Source of the DNA: Caedibacter taeniospiralis
GTDB lineage: Bacteria; Pseudomonadota; Gammaproteobacteria; Francisellales; Francisellaceae
Direction of reading: 5' to 3'
Assembly (NCBI RefSeq): GCF_002803295.2
Contig: NZ_PGGB02000005.1
Coordinates: forward strand, 60,059 to 92,058
Length of the DNA stretch: 32,000 nucleotides
In this document: piece by piece, positions 27,373 through 32,000 of the stretch
Position numbering within the stretch: the stretch's first letter is position 1
How the letters are laid out: every line of letters starts with the position of its first letter
Notes under the pieces: model-generated
Database searches by the model: none
Told to the model about the DNA's origin: nothing
What the model saw: only the letters and a program-made list of their open reading frames with translations
Made by a program: the position numbers and the translations under genes

Positions 27373-28268
27373 CCATCACCTCCCTGAAACACCAAAAGAA
27401 CCATCTAAAAAATTAAAGGAACTGCTTTACAGCTCGGAATTAAAATTTTTTATGGAGTCTCATAGTGCATTAAGTGCCAAAATTGCAGAGGATGCAGGAT
27501 TTGAGGCTTTATGGGCCTCACGTCTCTCCATTTCTGCTTCAATGGGGTTAAGTGATAGAAACGAAGCCTCTTGGACACAGGTTCTAGAGGTAGTTGAGTT
27601 TATGGCTGACCATACTAAAGTTCCTATTTTAATGGATGGCGACACTGGCTTTGGCAACTTCAATAATGTGCGCCGTTTAGTGAAAAAGCTCTCCCAAAAA
27701 GGAGTGGCTGGGGTATGCCTGGAAGATAAGCTATTTCCAAAGCTTAATTCTTTCTTAGGGGATGGTCAGGAATTAGCAGATATTGAAGAGTTCAGTGGAA
27801 AAATTAAAGCTGCCAAAGATAGCCAACTGCATGATGATTTTTGTGTGGTAGCACGTACTGAAGCGCTTGTTGCAGGTCATGGCATGGACGAAGCTTTGAA
27901 GCGTGCAGATCGTTTTCATGCTGCTGGTGCAGATGCCATCTTGATTCATTCTAAAAAAGATACGGGAGACGAGGTGCTAGAATTTTGTAAACGGTGGGAG
28001 AATCGTTGCCCTGTCGTGATCGTGCCGACAAAATACTACAAAACTCCCACCACCACTTATCGGGAAGCTGGCGTGTCAACTGTAATTTGGGCTAACCATA
28101 GCTTGCGTGCGTCTATTGCAGCGATGAAGCGTGTAACTTCTCTGAATTAAAAAAGAAGAAGCTGTTTCTGGTATTGAGCATGAAATTGCCTCTCTTCACG
28201 ATGTGTTCTCATTAACAAATGAATTTGAAGTGCAGGAAGCTGAAAGAAAATACGGTATGCCATCATGA
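27369..28268 (+). pseudogene. pepM: phosphoenolpyruvate mutase (PepM), reading frame broken twice (segments 27369-27416, core 27452-28150, tail 28146-28268)
   Basis: The core carries the PepM-specific EDKX5NS motif ([10 protein letters not shown], 27722-27751), [11 protein letters not shown] and [10 protein letters not shown]. The N-terminal 15 codons follow a GGAGA Shine-Dalgarno sequence. The C-terminal 40 codons ([21 protein letters not shown]...AERKYGMPS) are homologous to PepM ends. Both end segments sit in a different frame from the core. Confidence 0.8.
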
Positions 28269-29377
28269 TTTGTCCAGAATATTTTACCAATGCTCTCATT
28301 GATCGTGGCGTGCAATTTTTCACAGGGGTGCCTTGCTCCTATTTAACCCCATTGATCAATGAGGTCATCGCTACCGAGGTCACGGATTACGTGATTGCTT
28401 CAAGCGAAGGAGATGCCCTTGCTATGGCTTCAGGAGCATGGCTCGCTGGCAAATTAGGATTGGTGATGTGTCAAAATTCAGGACTTGGCAACATGATTAA
28501 TCCTTTAACATCATTAAATGCCCCTTTTAACATTCCCGTTTTGCTATTGATCACGTGGAGAGGCAAGCCTGGTGAGCCCGATGAGCCTCAGCATGAGGTA
28601 ATGGGGAAAATTACAACAGGTCTTTTAGATTTAATGGGGATTCAATGGAGCTATTTTCCCGAGACTGAAGCCGAGGTTTTGGCATCCTTGGATAAAGCCA
28701 TGTCAGTCATGGGCAATGCCCATTGTCCTTATGCCCTCATTTTACAAAAGGACAGTTTCAAAACAGGAAAGCCAGCGCCTAAAGTGGTTGAAGATGCGCA
28801 CTTGCCAACTCGTGAGGAAGTATTGAGCACTTTCTTAAAATCTTTGCCCGATGAGGTCTCTGTGATTGCAACCACAGGAAAAACAGGACGGGAGCTATAC
28901 ACGTTGCAAGATCATTCAAAGCATTTCTACTGCGTAGGCTCAATGGGCTATGCTAATGCTTTAGCTCATGGAGTGGCCTTAAATAGCAAAAAACCAGTGT
29001 TTGTGATTGATGGTGATGGAGCAGCGATTATGCATCTTGGAAATCTCACCAGTATTGGTGCCAGTGCGCCGAGTAATTTAGTACATGTTATTTTAGATAA
29101 TGGAACGTATGATTCTACAGGGGCTCAAGCTACCGTTTCGGAGTACGTCGATTTTGCAGCATTAGCCAAAAGTTTGGGCTATAAAAAACAATTTCGCTGC
29201 TCTTCGCTAAGGGATTTTTCAAATGCTTTGAAAACCGTAGATTCTGGTGGACCTGCATTAATTCATTTGAAAATAAAAAGCGGTTCAATGAAAAATTTAG
29301 GGCGTCCAGCGGTTAAGCCGCATGAAATTGCTCGTCGGTTACGTCAACACATTCAGAAAATGGAACAAGGGGAATAG
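28265..29377 (+). CDS. ppd: phosphonopyruvate decarboxylase (ThDP-dependent)
   Basis: 370-aa fused alpha/beta ThDP enzyme with FFTGVPCSYL at the N-terminus and the ThDP motif GDGAAIMHLGNL...LDNGTYDSTG. Its ATG overlaps the stop of the PepM tail frame (ATGA). Confidence 0.85.
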   Translation: MICPEYFTNALIDRGVQFFTGVPCSYLTPLINEVIATEVTDYVIASSEGDALAMASGAWLAGKLGLVMCQNSGLGNMINPLTSLNAPFNIPVLLLITWRGKPGEPDEPQHEVMGKITTGLLDLMGIQWSYFPETEAEVLASLDKAMSVMGNAHCPYALILQKDSFKTGKPAPKVVEDAHLPTREEVLSTFLKSLPDEVSVIATTGKTGRELYTLQDHSKHFYCVGSMGYANALAHGVALNSKKPVFVIDGDGAAIMHLGNLTSIGASAPSNLVHVILDNGTYDSTGAQATVSEYVDFAALAKSLGYKKQFRCSSLRDFSNALKTVDSGGPALIHLKIKSGSMKNLGRPAVKPHEIARRLRQHIQKMEQGE

Positions 29378-29380
29378 TTT

Positions 29381-30613
29381 ATGCCAGAAATGATTAAAAA
29401 AGCCAAGCTCAATCCAAGCTTGTTAAACCTACAAATTTACGCTTCTAAAGCTATTTCCTTAGAGGTCAAAAAGAACCCTGACATAGTGGGGCTAAGCTTT
29501 GGTGAGCCAGAGTTTGGTCCCCCCCCTTATGCCCTAAAAGACATTGAAGATAAAGACCTTTCTATCGGCAACTTTTTAAACGCGGTAAAGCGCTATGAGG
29601 ACCCGAAAGGATCATTAGAGCTTAGGCAGGCTATCGCTGCTTGGTATAAGCAGCGTTACAATTTAGATGTGAACCCTGAGAAAGAAATTATGGTGACACA
29701 CGGAGGGGTTGAGGCCATTACCCTAGCCATTTTGTCTACCAGTGAAGTGGGTGATATCATTGCGGTGACGGACCCCTCTTACATGCTTTATTCTCGAACG
29801 ATTACAACCCTAGAGCGTAAGTGCCATACGATTCATCGTCCAGTAGGCGGGTATGAATATAAGAAAATTCTGGAAGATAAAGCTATTCTGCAGTCAGACT
29901 TTGCCAAAGCAAAAACGATCATTATTAATTCACCAGAAAATCCTTCTGGGTATGTGGTTGATCCTACTGAATGGGAAATGATTGCCGATTACTCCAAAAA
30001 AATGGGGCTATGGGTCATTCATGATGAGGTTTACGATACAATGGCGTTCGAGCGAAAGCACATTCCATTTCGAGCTAGTTGTTCTTTGCCACCCTATTCA
30101 ATTATGATCAACAGCTTTTCTAAAAAATTTGGTATTCCAGGCTTACGTATTGGCTGGATAGTCGCAAATGAAGAGGTAATTAATTTAGCGAGCAAGATTC
30201 ATGACTATATGTATCTTGGGGTCAATATTCAGTATGAAAAAATTGCAACTCGCTTACTGTCTGACCAAAGAAATATGGAATGGCTGGCAGGCATTACTCA
30301 GAAAATAAAGCAACGCGCAGAAAAAGCAATGCACGTTCTGGGTGAACAGCAAGGGTTTTCCTGGCCTCGTCTGCCTCTTGGCGCAATGTTTCTTTTCCCG
30401 AATGTGCGTGCTTTGTATGATAAAATGCCTGAAGCCTATCGGTCAAAAGGTGTAGTTGTAGGGGATGCTGTAGCACAATATTTGATGAAAGAGAAAAAAG
30501 TGGCTGTCGTGCCTGGTTCAGTGTACGGTTCGGAAAGCAGTGAGCATGTACGCCTGGTATTGTGTACAACTGATAAAGAGTTTGATCTTGCGCTTGACCG
30601 CCTTCAAGCTTAA
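29381..30613 (+). CDS. PLP-dependent aminotransferase, class I/II (AspC-like fold)
   Basis: NSPENPSG, the PLP-lysine motif NSFSKKFGIPGLRIGW, and C-terminal VRL. 410 aa, starting 3 nt after ppd. Confidence 0.85.
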   Translation: MPEMIKKAKLNPSLLNLQIYASKAISLEVKKNPDIVGLSFGEPEFGPPPYALKDIEDKDLSIGNFLNAVKRYEDPKGSLELRQAIAAWYKQRYNLDVNPEKEIMVTHGGVEAITLAILSTSEVGDIIAVTDPSYMLYSRTITTLERKCHTIHRPVGGYEYKKILEDKAILQSDFAKAKTIIINSPENPSGYVVDPTEWEMIADYSKKMGLWVIHDEVYDTMAFERKHIPFRASCSLPPYSIMINSFSKKFGIPGLRIGWIVANEEVINLASKIHDYMYLGVNIQYEKIATRLLSDQRNMEWLAGITQKIKQRAEKAMHVLGEQQGFSWPRLPLGAMFLFPNVRALYDKMPEAYRSKGVVVGDAVAQYLMKEKKVAVVPGSVYGSESSEHVRLVLCTTDKEFDLALDRLQA

Positions 30614-30624
30614 GGGCGTCAATC

Positions 30625-31446
30625 ATGAAAACTGAAAAAAATTCCTTGATCGAACAAGGATTTGCTCATTTTAAAAACGCGCTGCATCCTTCTGCATTTT
30701 CTGCTTTGAGTGAGGAATATGAACGTCTGGTTGTAAGAGCGCGAGAAATTATAGCTCACACTAAGAAAGAAAATATCAGTTTGGGAGATTATTACCAGCA
30801 GCATGATGGCGAAATTATTGTTGTACCTGAAGCGGAGCAACCGACCGAGCCTTGCCGTTTTGAATATATTGCGCATTGTTCAAAGCGTTTAAATGATGAG
30901 GTTGTTCAGTATGTGAAAGATTTAATTGAAACGCTAACTGGCGAGTCATTTGTACTGTTTAAAGATAAGTGCAATCTTAAAAATCCAGGAGGCGGTGCTT
31001 TTCCTCCACACCAGGATATTACTGCATATCGCCATTTCAAGCCAAAGTTCCATATTACTGCGGCAGTCATGCTGGATGACTCAACCGTAGAAAATGGTTG
31101 TTTGGAAATGGCAAGTAATTATCACCAAAGTCTTGGGACTCAAGCATTAGGCATTCTGGATTTTTATGAGGGAGGTCCTCGCAATGGAGACATTAAGGAT
31201 GAGATTAGTCAGCAATTTGATTGGAGGTCTATTCCAGCGGCGCCTGGTGATGTAGTGCTTTTTAATTCCTTTGTGCCACATCGATCAGCAAAGAATACTT
31301 CGCAAAAGAGTCGACGGAATTTCTTTTTTACTTTTAATGTGGCTCGAGAAGGCAACTGGTATGAGCATTATTATGCTGCAAAAAAGCTGGACTTTAATAA
31401 TCCGATGTTTCATGTTTCGACCCCAACGCAGCATCGAGGCAAGTAA
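30625..31446 (+). CDS. PhyH-family Fe(II)/2-oxoglutarate dioxygenase (PhnY-like candidate)
   Basis: 273 aa with the facial triad candidates HQD (PPHQDITAY) and distal His (FVPHRSAKN), followed by an Arg-rich 2OG-binding region. The context is a phosphonate operon. Confidence 0.75.
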   Translation: MKTEKNSLIEQGFAHFKNALHPSAFSALSEEYERLVVRAREIIAHTKKENISLGDYYQQHDGEIIVVPEAEQPTEPCRFEYIAHCSKRLNDEVVQYVKDLIETLTGESFVLFKDKCNLKNPGGGAFPPHQDITAYRHFKPKFHITAAVMLDDSTVENGCLEMASNYHQSLGTQALGILDFYEGGPRNGDIKDEISQQFDWRSIPAAPGDVVLFNSFVPHRSAKNTSQKSRRNFFFTFNVAREGNWYEHYYAAKKLDFNNPMFHVSTPTQHRGK

Positions 31447-32000
31447 ATGAGTAAACAGGCACGTTTATTTACCCCAGGACCTTTAAATACTTCACAACAG
31501 GTTAAGGCATCGATGCAGATTGACCTTGGAAGCCGTACCGAGACACTTGCCGATTTGACTCAGAATATTCGGAATGAGCTTGAGTCTATTGCTGAATGCG
31601 GGAAAGAGTGTACCTCTGTTCTGTTGCAGGGAAGCGGCACTTTTGCTGTGGAGGCAATGCTAAGTACGTTGATTCAGGCAGATGATTGTGTATTGGTCAT
31701 ATCTAATGGTGTATATGGTGACCGGATGGCTAAAATATGCCAGATACATGGACTGCCTTTTTTTGTCTTGCAGCAGGACCCAGCGGCTCCGATTCAGCTT
31801 GATGAGGTTGAGAAATTTCTCAAAAATGAGCCATGCATCACACACATTGGGGTGGTTCAATTTGAGACTGCTGTAGGGATATTGAATAATATCGACGCTT
31901 TACTAGTTTTAGCTGAGCAGCATGCTTGCAAAGTTTTGGTGGATGCAATGAGTTCCTTTGGAGCATTACCATTGCCCTATCAAAGTACTGCTTTGGTTGC
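31447..32000 (+). CDS. phnW: 2-aminoethylphosphonate:pyruvate aminotransferase, 3' end beyond window
   Basis: This ORF is absent from the track because no stop is reached. My own translation is MSKQARLFTPGPLNTSQQVKASMQIDLGSRTE...VLLQGSGTFAVEAMLSTL...ISNGVYGDRM...VDAMSSFGALP. That is the class V aminotransferase pattern of PhnW. The ATG immediately follows the dioxygenase stop. Confidence 0.85.
   Translation, partial: MSKQARLFTPGPLNTSQQVKASMQIDLGSRTETLADLTQNIRNELESIAECGKECTSVLLQGSGTFAVEAMLSTLIQADDCVLVISNGVYGDRMAKICQIHGLPFFVLQQDPAAPIQLDEVEKFLKNEPCITHIGVVQFETAVGILNNIDALLVLAEQHACKVLVDAMSSFGALPLPYQSTALV

Noticed and set aside
27452-28150. Treating the 232-aa PepM core as a complete, normally annotated CDS
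   Set aside because: Homologous PepM sequence continues in other frames on both sides. A good Shine-Dalgarno sequence precedes the ATG at 27369 and none precedes 27452. The out-of-frame tail ends in an ATGA overlap with ppd. The gene is therefore reported as frame-disrupted instead.
29519-29526. C8 homopolymer inside the class I/II aminotransferase
   Set aside because: The gene reads in frame through it (GEPEFGPPPYAL) with homology on both sides, so there is no evidence of disruption. I note it only as another potential slippage or sequencing-error site.
1-32000. CRISPR arrays, tRNA/rRNA genes, prophage or recognisable defence-system operons
   Set aside because: I saw no regularly spaced direct repeats. 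No cloverleaf-like GC-rich 75-90 nt segment appears in any intergenic gap. No phage structural, integrase or restriction-modification type ORFs occur in the window. The only tyrosine recombinase is the housekeeping xerD.

Overview
AT-rich gammaproteobacterial chromosome segment. Gene content and protein sequences look Legionellales-like to me, but I cannot verify that here. Bases 1-22.2 kb are ordinary core genes. They comprise a partial AAA-ATPase/PD-(D/E)XK protein, xerD, a small membrane protein, lpxH, hldE, mpl and an ArsB/CitMHS-type permease. Then come a glycogen operon (malQ-glgB-glgA-glgP), a GT39 (ArnT/PMT-like) glycosyltransferase, glnA and rppH-ptsP. From about 22.2 kb to the window end the content turns accessory. 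It starts with a DMT-like permease. A tightly coupled minus-strand 5-gene operon follows (FemAB-like GNAT, Trm112-like, SAM methyltransferase, Asp/Asn beta-hydroxylase-family, SDR). Next is a decayed IS1595-type transposase remnant. A plus-strand phosphonate biosynthetic operon then runs off the window edge (pepM, ppd, class I/II aminotransferase, PhyH-family dioxygenase, phnW). The best candidate for something new is this divergent pair of operons, possibly making a tailored phosphonate product. The caveat is that pepM, the committing gene, is split over three reading frames in this sequence. Smaller oddities include a perfect 48-bp palindrome with a distant half-site copy, and a C9 tract at the 5' end of glgB. 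There are also alternative hairpins between glgA and glgP, and a short dispersed intergenic repeat. I recognised no rRNA, tRNA or CRISPR array.
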